Assembly (NCBI RefSeq): GCF_001194135.2
Contig: NC_068996.1
Span: forward strand, 47,677,879-47,741,878
Origin: Octopus bimaculoides
Taxonomy: Eukaryota
DNA length: 64,000 nucleotides
Reading direction: 5' to 3'
Under the pieces are notes generated by a model that did not search any database, was not told the origin of the DNA, and worked only from the letters and a program-made list of their open reading frames with translations. Numbering within the stretch: position 1 is the stretch's first letter; every line of letters starts with the position of its first letter. A program made the position numbers and the translations under genes. This document shows positions 36,354 to 49,690 of the stretch, one piece after another.

Positions 36354-36839
36354 AATGGTTAAGAGAAAGAGCGAAAGAGTATGTATGCATACATACATAC
36401 ATACGTACGTACAAGAATCATACATACATACATACATACATACAGGCACAGGCGTTTGGTAAGACATTTGCATCCGAATCACATGGGTCTGGATTCAGTC
36501 CTACTGCATGGCACATAACACAAATGCCCTGTACCATAACCTACAACTGATCAAATTCTTATGAGTGTGTATGGTAGACAGAAAGTGAAAGAAGATCATT
36601 GTATTGTGTGAGTGTGTATATATATATATGTGTATGTGTGTGTATATAAATATACTCTATTATTAAAGCTTCAAAAATATCACAAAAAATTACTACTCAG
36701 AGTTTCATGTTCTTATTCATTAGGCAGTTGTGATATTTTTGTGATGTTTTTACTGCTTTATTAATAAAGCATATTACTCTACCTCTGGTATTTGAGTACT
36801 CTTATTTCCCACCTTGTTTCACATTTATGTGCTTACTCT

Positions 36840-36876
<37 letters not shown>

Positions 36877-36965
36877 GAGAATATACAAATAATAACAACA
36901 GACGAGGACAGGTGGTGTAAATAACAAAAGTATATATTAGTATGACGCTCGGGAATACGGAAAGT

Positions 36966-37000
36966 CTTTGACGTTTCGAGCTACGCTCTTCAACAGAAAG
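36966..37000 (-). ncRNA. Minimal hammerhead-like motif, family B (CUGUUGA core variant)
   Basis: CUUU-CUGUUGA-A-GAGC-gua-GCUC-GAA-ACGU-C-AAAG. Stems I and II pair, with palindromic ACGU and a GUC triplet. Confidence 0.55.
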
Positions 37001-37163
37001 AATACGGAGACAAGGAGAAAAACACGGAGAAAAAAAATTGAATAGTGTTCAGTCAACGGTCAATCATAATAATGGCTGATCATAACAATGGCTGACCGGA
37101 AGTTAGAAATTCTTTTTTCAGGAGAGCTAAGAAAATGGGGAGATAACAAACAGTGATCGAAGA

Positions 37164-37198
<35 letters not shown>

Positions 37199-37702
37199 TG
37201 CATATGCTGTTGTTTCATTGCCTTGACATTGTATGACAGTTGTTGTGGAAACAGTGTCCTATGTTTCCAAACTTCAATGAAGATATGTCTGACCATGGGG
37301 AAATATTACCTTACTTGGAAGCAGGTAAGGGTTGGTGACAGGAAGAACATCTGGCTACAGAAAATTTTCCTTAGCACATTCTCTCCAACCCATGAGAACA
37401 TGGAAAATTTGATGTTAAAATGAGGATGATGATATATTTTGTGTCTATAAATAGATTGCCTACTCATTTCTCTGAGATTGGTTACATGATACAGAACCTC
37501 TGATGAGATCCCAATAAGGGTGAAAATCAACTAAGGCTGCTTGTCATGTCTTCAGTTTATGGAAAAATAAATTTGACATGTTTGTATATCAACACCATAG
37601 GTTTACATCCAACCATCCATCCCTCCAAATCTCTTTACTATCTCCTCCATGAAATGTGTGTGTGCTTGTGAATCAGATTTCTTTAGATGCATATTATTAG
37701 AA

Positions 37703-37765
<63 letters not shown>

Positions 37766-39474
37766 AGGTTCTTTCAGTTAGTGACTGCCAATTCCAGTCA
37801 GAAGGCTTTGGTTAGCCCAGAGTGAAGTAGGAGAAACTTGACCAAGGTGCCACACAGTAAGACTGAATCTGAAACCGCACATTTGAGAAGCAAGTTTCTT
37901 AATGACACAACCATGCCTGTACCTAACAACAATCATGCTATAAATAATGAATCAACAAGGGAGCCTCTCTCTGTTCACATGACCAGCTAGAATTAGCAGC
38001 TAATCCTCCCTTAAATCACATCCTATCATAATCATCATCATCATTATTTAACATCTGTTGTCCATGGATTGGATTGCTTGACCAGGGCTGGTAAGCTGAG
38101 GAGCTGCACCAGACTCCAATTATTTGTTGTGGCATGGTTTCTATGGTTGGATGCCCTTCCTAATGCCAACCACTCTGAGAGAGTAATGGGTCCTTTTTAT
38201 GTGCCACTGGTACAGGTACTATTTGAGTGACACCACAACTGCAATTTTGCTTGGCTTGATGGGTCTTCTTCTCAAGTACAACATGATGCCAATGGTCTCG
38301 GTCATTTATCATTGCCTCCGTGAGGCCCAACACTTGGAAGGTGCTTTTCGCATGCCATCAGCATTGGCTACTTTGCCTCCATGAGGCACAACACTCAAAA
38401 AGGTGCCTTTTACATGCCACCAGCATGGGTGCTTTTTACGTGCCACCAGTATGGGTGTCAGTTACGTGACACCAGCATCAGCCACGCTGGTCAGATAATA
38501 TACTCTGGGGAAAACAAAGAGCAAACAAGCAGTGTGGTCATGGCTGGATTGGGATGCCTTCAATTGTTGATGTTGATTTATTCATTCATGATTAACCTGT
38601 GAACTAGACAACACCATTTTTATCATCGTCATCATTATTATAATAATCATAGGAGTCTAGGAATTCAATTTCATTTCAGCAAAAGACAATGACTTGAGTT
38701 AAACAAATTTTTCATATTTACTTAACAGCAAACCAATTGTAATTTTGTTGATTTTTGTTTTCTCCCTTAAGCATAAACTTTCTAGAATGAGAATAAATAT
38801 TGTTTTTTTATTATATTTTTTGTTTTGGTTTGGTTTAAGTGTATAAATGAATAATTAAAAATCTTATTGATGCAACTTCAAGTTATCTGCATATTAAACT
38901 ATGGTATGGAATACATTTAACTTGAATTTCAAATTAAAATATATCCTGCCAAAACATTAAAATGCATTTGAAGAGTGTCTGTTTAAGAAAGTAGAAGTTT
39001 GAACACAAAATATAGTCTAGCATATGATTCTATTTGTAAAATAGCACCATGTTTTGTTAAGCATTTGGTTTTTGTAAATTTTATTCATTAACACATAATG
39101 GGGATTTTAAAATCAATTTTATTAATTTAAAAAAAAAAAATTACATCATTAAAAATGAAGGAAAATATCCTAGAGAAATAATAATTGACGAGAAGATAGT
39201 TCATTTCATGATTCAGAAGTCCTTGTGGAGAATCAGCTGAATAAACAAGAGTTAAAAATAAATCCCAGAGCGAAACCATTATCAATAACAAATTAGGATT
39301 ATCTGCCTCATATACACAGATAGAGAAATAGTATGAACAGACAGACCAATGTAACAGCTTCTATTAATCCCTGAGTAAATATTTGATTTTATAACTCTCA
39401 TTGTTATTATTAATACCATTACTATTATTATCTCCTCCATGAAATATGTGTGTGTTTGTGAATTATTATGATTA

Positions 39475-40354
39475 AAGTGGTAAGATGGCACAATCGTTAG
39501 CATGCCAGGTAAAACACTTTGCAGCACTTCATCTGTCTGCACATTCTGAGTTCAAATTCTGCTCAGGTTGAATTTGCCTTTCATCTTTTTGAGGGTGATA
39601 GATTAAGTACCAGTGAAACACTGGGGTCAATGTAATTGACTGGTCTCCTTCCCCAAAATTTCGGGCCTTGTGCCTTAAGTAGAAAGGATTATTATTATGA
39701 TTGAGATTGCGAGATAACAGGATCATTACCACATAGGACAAAATTCTTAGTAAGATTTCTTCCAACTCTTTATGTTTTGAGGTCAAGTGCCACTAAGGTT
39801 GACTTTGCTGTACATTCTTTCAGGGTTGATAAAACCCTGAAAGTTGAGCACTGGGGGCAATATAACCGACCAGCCTCTTCCACAAAATTTCAGCACAATG
39901 TTGTCATTTTAAATAAAGAAAGGATTATCATTATTATTATCATCATCATCATTATTATTGAATGAGAGAGCAGTGCATGCCATCAAAATGACACTGGGGT
40001 ACAAATATACGAAGCCCAGTATACCCATCATGACTACTCATCTAATAAGGGTACACCAGGTACATGCATCACAACCACATGTGGGTGACAATGTGACCTT
40101 ATATCAAGATAAACAGCACATTACCTTGCAGATGGAGCCCAGTTAGAATTTTTTTTCAGGTCAAGTAGCCCATCCTATTCAAAAGGTCCTTGAATAAGGG
40201 TTGTTTAAGGACGATGAATAAAACCCCATGTTTTCAGGAGTGAATTATACAAACCCCAAAGAATCCCGCTTGACACATGGCTATGATGCTCCCCTACTAC
40301 TTCTGCTTGTGATCAGAGATGCACATATTGTGAACCACTAAAGGACATTCTCAA
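39475..40354. mobile_element. Two family 2 SINEs (+) joined tail-to-tail with a family 5 element (-)
   Basis: Family 2 bodies at about 39475-39690 and 39790-39930, then an (ATT/ATC)n tract, then family 5 from 39958. Confidence 0.7.
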
Positions 40355-42699
40355 GAAGACTGCACCAGACTTCTGTGACTGTCTTGGCAATAATAATAAA
40401 TGACTGCTAATTAAAACTTAAAATTGAAATTAAAAATTAACATAAGTGCCTATCATATTACACTAACTAAAGCTCAGCAATGATTAAGAAAAACGTAATA
40501 ATTGCTGTATCCATTAAAAAAAACAAAATATTGTTTTAAATTTATTTCCTATCATTCACCATAATTTTTCTTTTTTTCTTTCCTTTTTAAGGATTACATT
40601 CATAGCAATATTAACGTTTGAAAACAGAAATAATTGAATGCATAAAACATTAATAAAATTCATAAATATTACATTTGTTATTACCAGCAACAAGTTAAAG
40701 ACAGTTATTTATGGAAAATAATGGCATTATTGCTACATCAATCTGAGACTCCTGGTTTTAAAATCTGAGAAGAAGGTACAACCTATGGTGTGAATTTGAA
40801 GATAAGTGATCTGTGATAGTGTAGGTGCATTTCAGGGTACCTATGCAGGGTACCATGGCAGTGTTGGTATAGTGTATGGTAGATTTGGTGAGGTGTATGG
40901 TAGAGTTTGTATGGTGTACTACCTAGAAGTGTATAGTAGCATTAGTGTGATGAGCTAAGAGATGGGGACATAAACAAACCAACACTAGCTGTCAAGACAC
41001 ACACATACAAAAATTAGGTTCCTCAAAATCAGAAAGGAGAAAGCTGATTCGAAGGCTTCAGATTCAATCCATCACTGGAACTGTAAAAATCTGTAAAACT
41101 TTCCAGAAGTTTATCATTTAAGTATATATGAGCATGTCTAGACATGCAACTATATGCATGAAAATACATACATAAAACAAAACATAAAATCTGCACATGT
41201 ACATACATACAAAAAATACCCTGTTGATGTTGTTCAAATTCCAATGAAGGACCCTTGAAGATTACAAACCGATGCTTTCTTTATTGGTAAGAAATCTTGA
41301 AATAAAACTGAATAATCATACATGCAACATATATATATATACATATATATANNNNNNNNNNNNNNNNNNNNNNNNNNNNNNNNNNNNNNNNNNNNNNNNN
41401 NNNNNNNNNNNNNNNNNNNNNNNNNNNNNNNNNNNNNNNNNNNNNNNNNNNNNNNNNNNNNNNNNNNNNNNNNNNNNNNNNNNNNNNNNNNNNNNNNNNN
41501 NNNNNNNNNNNNNNNNNNNNNNNNNNNNNNNNNNNNNNNNNNNNNNNNNNNNNNNNNNNNNNNNNNNNNNNNNNNNNNNNNNNNNNNNNNNNNNNNNNNN
41601 NNNNNNNNNNNNNNNNNNNNNNNNNNNNNNNNNNNNNNNNNNNNNNNNNNNNNNNNNNNNNNNNNNGAGAAATAACAAGAAGACATTGCTAAAGGTGCCA
41701 TGCAGTAGGACTGAACCTGGAACCATGTGATTGAGAAGCAAACTTCTTACAGCCAACACTAAACCTATGCTAATAAAATGTCACATTGTAACAACCTGGC
41801 TGAATAAATATCGTCTTTTATTTGAGTCAAAGATTTTGTGGATAATCAATTCGTTGTTGTTATGCAAAAGTGTCATAAACCAAAAAAAATTGCTTTTTCA
41901 GAAAACGAAAAAATAGTTTCACGATTTCATAGCAAAACCATTGTACTACACTTTGAGAATTTTTGATATCTTGGCATCTGAAGCAGTTGGACATACGACA
42001 GTTTGACCAAAAGAACTGGCTATTATAAGCAAAAATAAATATTGCAAAAAAAAAAGTAAACAAACACATTTGGCTAAATTTGGACATATGACAGTTTAAC
42101 ATAATAGCAACAAATTGTATCTGATATACTTTTCTACTATTTCTTTATTTATTGCATTGTTTTGTAATTCTGATATTAATTTCCAATTGATCTTTCATTA
42201 TTTTAAAGAAATTGATATATTGACTCAAATAATATCCATCTTTCTAGCAATGATAACAAATATTGGAAATGGTTACAAGGTGAATTCCATGAATAATAAA
42301 CTTCATTTTTTAAACAAGTGTGACTTTGATTTGATTGATTAGCTTGCTAAAAATAGCAGCCAAATCTCTCTCAGATTGATTTCTACAATTTTTGAAAAGT
42401 GAAGAATATATTCTTTGGAATATGTAGTACTAGATTTACATTATCCCATTATCCAAGAGAGGTTTAAATTCAGAACAAAGAGAGAGGGAGAAAGAGAGAG
42501 AGAGAGAGAAATCTAAACAGTAAAAAATTTAGTTTGGTAGTTCTCTACAATAACATCTGCAGTCATAGCTCAGTGTAGTTTTTGTAAACATTCACAGACA
42601 CATGAAACCAGCTTTCTATATTTTATATAAAGATATATAAATATGTATATACTTCCATTCATATACATAAGAACATGCACACACACACACATGTATATA

Positions 42700-42866
42700 T
42701 GTATGTCTATCTATCTAACTGTCTATTCATCCCACTATCATCTATCTATCTCTCTATCTATCTAATTTTCCGTGTTTATCTATCTGTCTGTCTGTGACCT
42801 ATCTGTCTGTGACCTATCTGTCTGTGACCTATCTGTCTGTCTGTCTGTCTGTTGTCTATCTATCTG

Positions 42867-42909
<43 letters not shown>

Positions 42910-43065
42910 GTCTATCATTTATCTATCTATCTGTCTATCATCTATCTATCTATCTGTCTGTTTGTCTGTCTGTCTATCAGTCTGTCTATCTGTCCATCTA
43001 ACTGTCTAACTGTCTATCTGTCTAACTGTCTTTCTATCTAACTGTCTATCTATCTAACTGTCACA
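42700..43065. repeat. (TCTA/TCTG)n microsatellite with a 15-bp tctgtctgtgaccta subrepeat
   Basis: Directly visible. Confidence 0.9.
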
Positions 43066-43884
43066 TAGCCACCCTTGCACCTATATGCTTATTAATATCT
43101 AGCAGGAGCAACAAAGTTTTATATATTTATATGACAAGCTTATTCTTCCAGTGCCTGTCAAGTAAAATTTCCTCAAAAGACTTTTGCCATCCCAGAATTA
43201 TAATAAACAATGCACTTCATGGTGAGACAGAACCTGAATCCATATGGTTGAAAATTAAAATTTTTAACAATACAGCCATAATGCCACCCTTCTGTTATAA
43301 AAATAAATATTGTAAATAATATATATATATATATATATAATTCATATTACTTCTACATTATCTCATTTCCATTAAAATGTTTCTTTTTAATATTTATGAA
43401 AGGTAATTGCTTAAAATTGGAACAATAATTTTAGCACAAATTTTAGAACGAATACAAGATTGTGGCAAATTGAATTTGAGATCTATTATGATTCTTAAAT
43501 TGAGTATTACTTTGCTTAATTTGGGAATGTCAAAGTTTCCACAAATTTATGCTTCATTCTATTCTTTTAATGATAAACCTTCATAACAATACAAATATAA
43601 TTTTGCATCTATCTCTATACTTATCCATCTATACACACATACACGCACAAACACATAATCTCATACACACACCCTCTTGCATACAAGCACACACACACAC
43701 ACCCTCATGCATACAAGCACACACACACATCCACACATAGACATACGTACAAACACCCTCTTGCATACTAGCACAAACACACACACACACACGTGCACAT
43801 AAAAAAGAACTGTATGTTGCTTCAACAACATTCTATGATATGCACATATGTTGCAAGATATTGATTAGATATTGTACAAGTTAC

Positions 43885-44505
43885 AAAGTACTACCCAAAC
43901 ATTACACATGCTGCACTCTTCAGACTNNNNNNNNNNNNNNNNNNNNNNNNNNNNNNNNNNNNNNNNNNNNNNNNNNNNNNNNNNNNNNNNNNNNNNNNNN
44001 NNNNNNNNNNNNNNNNNNNNNNNNNNNNNNNNNNNNNNNNNNNNNNNNNNNNNNNNNNNNNNNNNNNNNNNNNNNNNNNNNNNNNNNNNNNNNNNNNNNN
44101 NNTTGTTCAACTAAACACCACATATGTTGTACTGAACGGACTAAACATGACATAAGCTGCAGTATACAGTCTAAACATCACATATGTTGCACTGTACAGA
44201 CTAAACACTACATATGCTGCAGTCTACAATCTAAACACCACATATGTTGTACTGCATGGACTAAACACAACATATGCTGTAGTGTACAGTTTAAACATCA
44301 CATACGTTGCATTGTACAGACTGAACATTACATATGTTACAGCATATAGACTAAACATCAAATACGTTTCAATGTACAGGCAAAACACTACATATGCTGC
44401 AGTGTACAAACTAAGCACCACATGTGTTGTACAGAACAAACACTACACATGTTGCAATGTACAAACAAATATACTGCGTATGTGGCACTGTACAGACTAA
44501 ACATG
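43885..44505. repeat. 30-bp minisatellite spanning a gap
   Basis: Units of consensus ctaaacacYacatatgYtgcaStgtacaga start at 44111, 44141, ... 44411. One more unit lies before the gap at about 43893-43926. Confidence 0.9.
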
Positions 44506-45171
44506 CATGGATTAGCGGTTAGGGTATTTAGCACATGATTGTAAGGTTGTGAGTTCGATTTCCAGTGCTGTATTGTGTCCTTGAGCAAGACATTTTAATA
44601 TTGCTCCAATCCACTCAGCTGGTAAAAATTAGCAGTACTTGTTATTCAAAGGGTCAGCTTTTTCACATTCTGTGTTATGCTGTACTCCCTGAGCACTACT
44701 CAGACATGCATAAAGGCATCCATGTCTGAAGATGGCTCAGCCACTTGCATGTTGATTTCATGAGCAAGTTGTTCCCTTGATCGAATCAACAGAAACCCTC
44801 ATTGTTTTACCCAATAGAAAGCTAGTTTAATTGAAACTAATAAAAAAACAGATAATTATTTTATGTTAATTTATGTTTGTTATGTACATTAGGCAAACCA
44901 GTTTAGACTGATTCAAGTTTGTGAGTGCTACTGTTCTCTCTGTGGTTAGAAAATAATAAACTGATCCCTGATAAAGCTTTAATAAATGTCGATAGTCAAA
45001 TTGTTCTCTTCTCAATAGAAAAGTTTTTAAAAAACCTGTTGCTTAACTGCAAAGTTTTACTTTTTCCAGTGAGATTGAAAATGTATGTCCAAAAAAATAT
45101 ATCTTTGTTAGTTGACCTGAAGATCTCTCTCACACACACACCCACTGCACTTGTTGCAATGTAACTTATTA

Positions 45172-45334
45172 CCGTATTTTAACATGTATAAAGAACCCTT
45201 TTTTGTCAAAAATTAGGTTAAAAAAATATGGGAGTTTCTTATACATGGATAGTATTATAATCCCTTACAAAACCTTTTTTCCAAATTTTAAGCCCCCAAA
45301 AACCAGAGGGTTCCTTATACATGTTAAAATATGG
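45172..45334. mobile_element. MITE with ~27-bp TIRs
   Basis: accgtattttaacatgtataaagaaccc / gggttccttatacatgttaaaatatggt. Confidence 0.75.
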
Positions 45335-46439
45335 TTAAAGTTCTGCTAGACATTGCAACCAAACTTCCCTCAAATAATATCCAACTATTTTTAACAATGA
45401 CATACGGCATATATTTTATCTTTGGTGATTACAGCTGGGATGTCATTAATTACAGATTTGTACTATTAGAGGGGACTTGAGGTTAAGTCCCAACAACAGC
45501 TCTAAATACAATTTGGGGTATGGATTAAGGGCTATATTTACTCTTGGTAGTACCATACTGAGACACTTGTCGTTTTGGTAATTTATATATGAACATCAAT
45601 GTTGTAATGTGGTAGCAATATGATTGATACAGAGGAGTGTCTGCAAGCCATATTCTTGTATCACACATGTATTCTTTTATTCTTTTTCTTATTTCAGTCA
45701 TTTGACTGTATATATGCTGGGGCACTGCCTTAAAGAGTCTTTCAGCTAAAGAAATCGGACTTATTCTTTGCAAGCTTAGTATTCTATCAATCAATTTTGC
45801 TGAACTGCTAGGTTATGGGGATGTAAACATACCAACACTGGTTGTTAAGCAATAACGGGGGTGGGGAACAAACACATATAAAGCTACACACACACAAATC
45901 ATCATCACCATCATCATTTAACGTCTGCTTTCCATGCTAGCATGGGTTGGACGATTTAACTGAGGACTGGTGAAACCGGATGGCAACACCAGGCTCCAAT
46001 CTGATTTGGCAGAGTTTCTACAGCTGGATGCCCTTCCTAACGCCAACCACTCCGAGAGTGTAGGTGATCAACTTTTTGTATCTGAAAGGGATTTTCAATC
46101 CAACATTTTACAATGCTTATTATTTGTAGCTTTATGAGATTCGAGAATCACTGTTCCAAAAAACAAAAAAAAAAAAGGAATTATTTCCTGTTTACAAAGA
46201 TAAACCATTGGAATTTTCCAACACTTAAATACACTTTTGTTTCTACTCTTTTAGCAATAGGAACTATGTTATATGCTGTTATGATAAACATCAGAGATAG
46301 CACCTTTCTATAAAATATGATTGGCAAAATGTGTGACTAACGTTTGTTGTAATCTACTCTAGTGTTCTCAATATCATTGTTAATAATAACTACTTGTTTA
46401 TCTTTTTCATTTACTTATTTATACACACACTATATATAT

Positions 46440-46493
<54 letters not shown>

Positions 46494-47952
46494 NNNNNNN
46501 NNNNNNNNNNNNNNNNNNNNNNNNNNNNNNNNNNNNNNNNNNNNNNNNNNNNNNNNNNNNNNNNNNNNNNNNNNNNNNNNNNNNNNNNNNNNNNNNNNNN
46601 NNNNNNNNNNNNNNNNNNNNNNNNNNNNNNNNNNNNNNNNNNNNNNNNNNNNNNNNNNNNNNNNNNNNNNNNNNNNNNNNNNNNNNNNNNNNNNNNNNNN
46701 NNNNNNNNNNNNNNNNNNNNNNNNNNNNNNNNNNNNNNNNNNNNNNNNNNNNNNNNNNNNNNNNNNNNNNNNNNNNNNNNNNNNNNNNNNNNNNNNNNNN
46801 NNNNNNNNNNNNNNNNNNNNNNNNNNNNNNNNNNNNNNNNNNNNNNNNNNNNNNNNNNNNNNNNNNNNNNNNNNNNNNNNNNNNNNNNNNNNNNNNNNNN
46901 NNNNNNNNNNNNNNNNNNNNNNNNNNNNNNNNNNNNNNNNNNNNNNNNNNNNNNNNNNNNNNNNNNNNTAAGAAACAAAAGAAAAGAAAGAACCAGACAA
47001 AAAAAAAAAAAAAATTTCACAACAAAGTATTTCTAAGAGTTTTTTATGCTTCATCTTCTCGGGAGAATTGGATAGAAATGGAAACAAAGAATTTCTAATT
47101 GTGCTTATTCCTTCAACAATGGAACGGATAAATGTAGAAACAAAATGATAGAAGCCATAAGGAGAAGAATGAAGCATAGACGTTAATGTTGAAGTAAACG
47201 GAATGGAAAAACATAGATATCAATAATAATTTAATTACGTTTTAATATTTGTATTTAGGAAGGAACAAGCTGGCAGAATCGTTAGCACACCAAACAAAAT
47301 GCTTAGTGGCATTTTGTCCATCTTCACAGTCTGAGTTCAGATTCCACTAAGGTCAACCTTGCCTTTCATCTCTTTCAGGCTTGAAAAATAAGTACTAGTA
47401 GAGCATTGGGTCAATGTGATTGGCTTAATTCCTACCCCTGAAATTGTTGACCTTGGAACAAAATTTAAAATCAGTATTTGTAATTGGGAAAATTATGAAT
47501 TAGATTTTGTAACAATAAATTTTTATTTGAAATAGAAAATTTCTATTTGTAAATCTCTCAATGAGAGACATTCAGTAACAGCACTCTAGAGTAAAGATTA
47601 TTTGCCAACATAACACGGTGGTCCTGGTTTAGGACAAATGTTGCAGTTATTTAGTCCCAGGAGACAGCGTCTCCAGCTGGCTATACAACACACTATCTAT
47701 GTCCTTATATTTTCAAACAAGGGGAAAATATAAGGACACATTTTTATTTATTTATTTACATATTATTATCGTTATTATTATTATTATTATTATTATTGAA
47801 GATGACAAGCCAACAGAATCATTAGCACAGAATCTAGCAATCGTGGTTTCAGTTCCTATATCAGGTGGTACATTTATATAATTGTGTACTTTAAGGCAGT
47901 TTTCCTTTGCCTAGTGGCTGTGCTGAATGGGGTAGTTTGGTGGACAATATTA

Positions 47953-47983
47953 TTTGGTAGACGGAAACTGAAAGAAGCCCGTC

Positions 47984-48025
<42 letters not shown>

Positions 48026-48235
48026 GTATATGTTTGTGTGTCTGTGTTTGTCCTTCCACCATCGCTTGGCAATTAATGGTGGTGTGTTTACATCCCTGTA
48101 ACTTAGCAGTTCAGCAAAAGAGACTGATAGAATAAGTACTAGGCTTACAAAGAATAAGTCCTGGGGTCGATTTGCTCGACTAAAAGGCGGTGCTCCAGCA
48201 TGGTCACAGTCAAATGACTGAAACAAGTAAAAGAG
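47953..48235 (+). mobile_element. SINE family 1, 5'-truncated, well conserved
   Basis: tttggtagacggaaactgaaagaagcccgtcg(ta)n...gaataagtactaggcttacaaagaataagtcctggggtcgatttgctcgac... Confidence 0.8.
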
Positions 48236-49066
48236 CAAAAGAGTTATCTCCGTATTGTTGTTGTTTCTCTTGTAAATCTTGGTGTAAACCCTCACCTTTT
48301 TATGTGTTGTATTTTGTCTTTCACTATCCGAGTATGGCCAATGCCAATACGCTTGGACTGGCTTCTGTTGCCAGTGACATGTAAAAAGCACAATCCAAAC
48401 ACGATCGATGCCAGGCCTGCCTGACTGGCTCCTGTGCCAGTGGCACATGAAAAGCACCCACTACACCTTCAGAGTGGTTGGCGTTAGGAAGGGCATCCAC
48501 TTGTAGAAACGTGCCAGATCAGATTGGAGCCTGGTGCAGCCTTCTGACTTTCCAGACCTCAGTCAAACCGTCCAACCCACGTCAGCATGCAAAACAGACG
48601 TTAAATGATGATGATGATGATATAGTCCTCAATGTCTTGTGGCCAATAAAAGAAATTATCATCATCATCATTATTATTATTATTATTGTTGTTGTTGTTG
48701 TTGTTGTTGTTATTATTATTATTTTATTATTTTGTAACATTACATAAACATATCTCTCTGTCATGAGAATATGTCAGTGAACTTAGAAAGTTATTTAAAA
48801 TGAAAATTGGGCTGGTATCATATATAAACTTTTTCTTTTCTTTTTTATTGTCAATGTATAAAATAAAAATGCATTTATATTTCTTCCATCATTCATATAA
48901 AACCAAAACTTGTTACATAAAAAAAAAAAAAAAATGGAAAAAAAAATATTTCCAGAAAAATCTTCTACACAATAGAAACAGTTATGATGTCTAAAATAAC
49001 ATTTTCAGACAAAAATGCATTATCAGATAGTATTTTTATGTATTTATTTTTCTTCCTTCCATACAG

Positions 49067-49153
49067 TTTCAGAATGATTTGTTCAGTTTTGGAGAAGATC
49101 AAGATAACAAAAAAAGATCGATAATGACAATACCTAAAACCCAGAAGAGATAA
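49067..49153 (+). CDS. Candidate terminal coding exon of an unidentified gene (speculative)
   Basis: Strong acceptor tatttatttttcttccttccatacag| followed by FQNDLFSFGEDQDNKKRSIMTIPKTQKR*. No homology recognised. Confidence 0.2.
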   Translation, partial: FQNDLFSFGEDQDNKKRSIMTIPKTQKR

Positions 49154-49624
49154 CACACACACACAAACTAATGAAATTATTTTTAAGCATTACTAAATTT
49201 CTATTATAAATTGTTACACACAGATATGATAACAAATCTTTCATTTGTTAATATTTAACTCTTGAAATAAACTACCTTTGTTTCATTTAATTTTGAAAAA
49301 GAGTGAGGAATTTTTGCAAAACAACATTATCATTGTTACACTGGAATATAAATTAACATGAAATTTTGATGGAAGGTTTTAAATTAAATCATTTTAAAAG
49401 AAGGAATTTTTACCGTAGAAATACGACCATAAAACATGTAAATTAGGACAAGAAACAAGTTTTCATAAATAATCAATTTAGATCAGAAACAAAAATAAAT
49501 AAACAACAGTGTATCAAACAAACAATTAAAAATAACAAAAAAAACAAACTTACCATCATACTTCATGTAGGAAACATTTAACCAAATAGGTACAAAACAT
49601 TCTTACATGTTGTAATAAATATTG

Positions 49625-49670
<46 letters not shown>

Positions 49671-49690
49671 CGTGTGTATGTATAACTCCA

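Noticed and set aside
44111-44440. CRISPR-like array
   Set aside because: Contiguous degenerate 30-bp units with no unique spacers, in eukaryotic DNA without cas genes.
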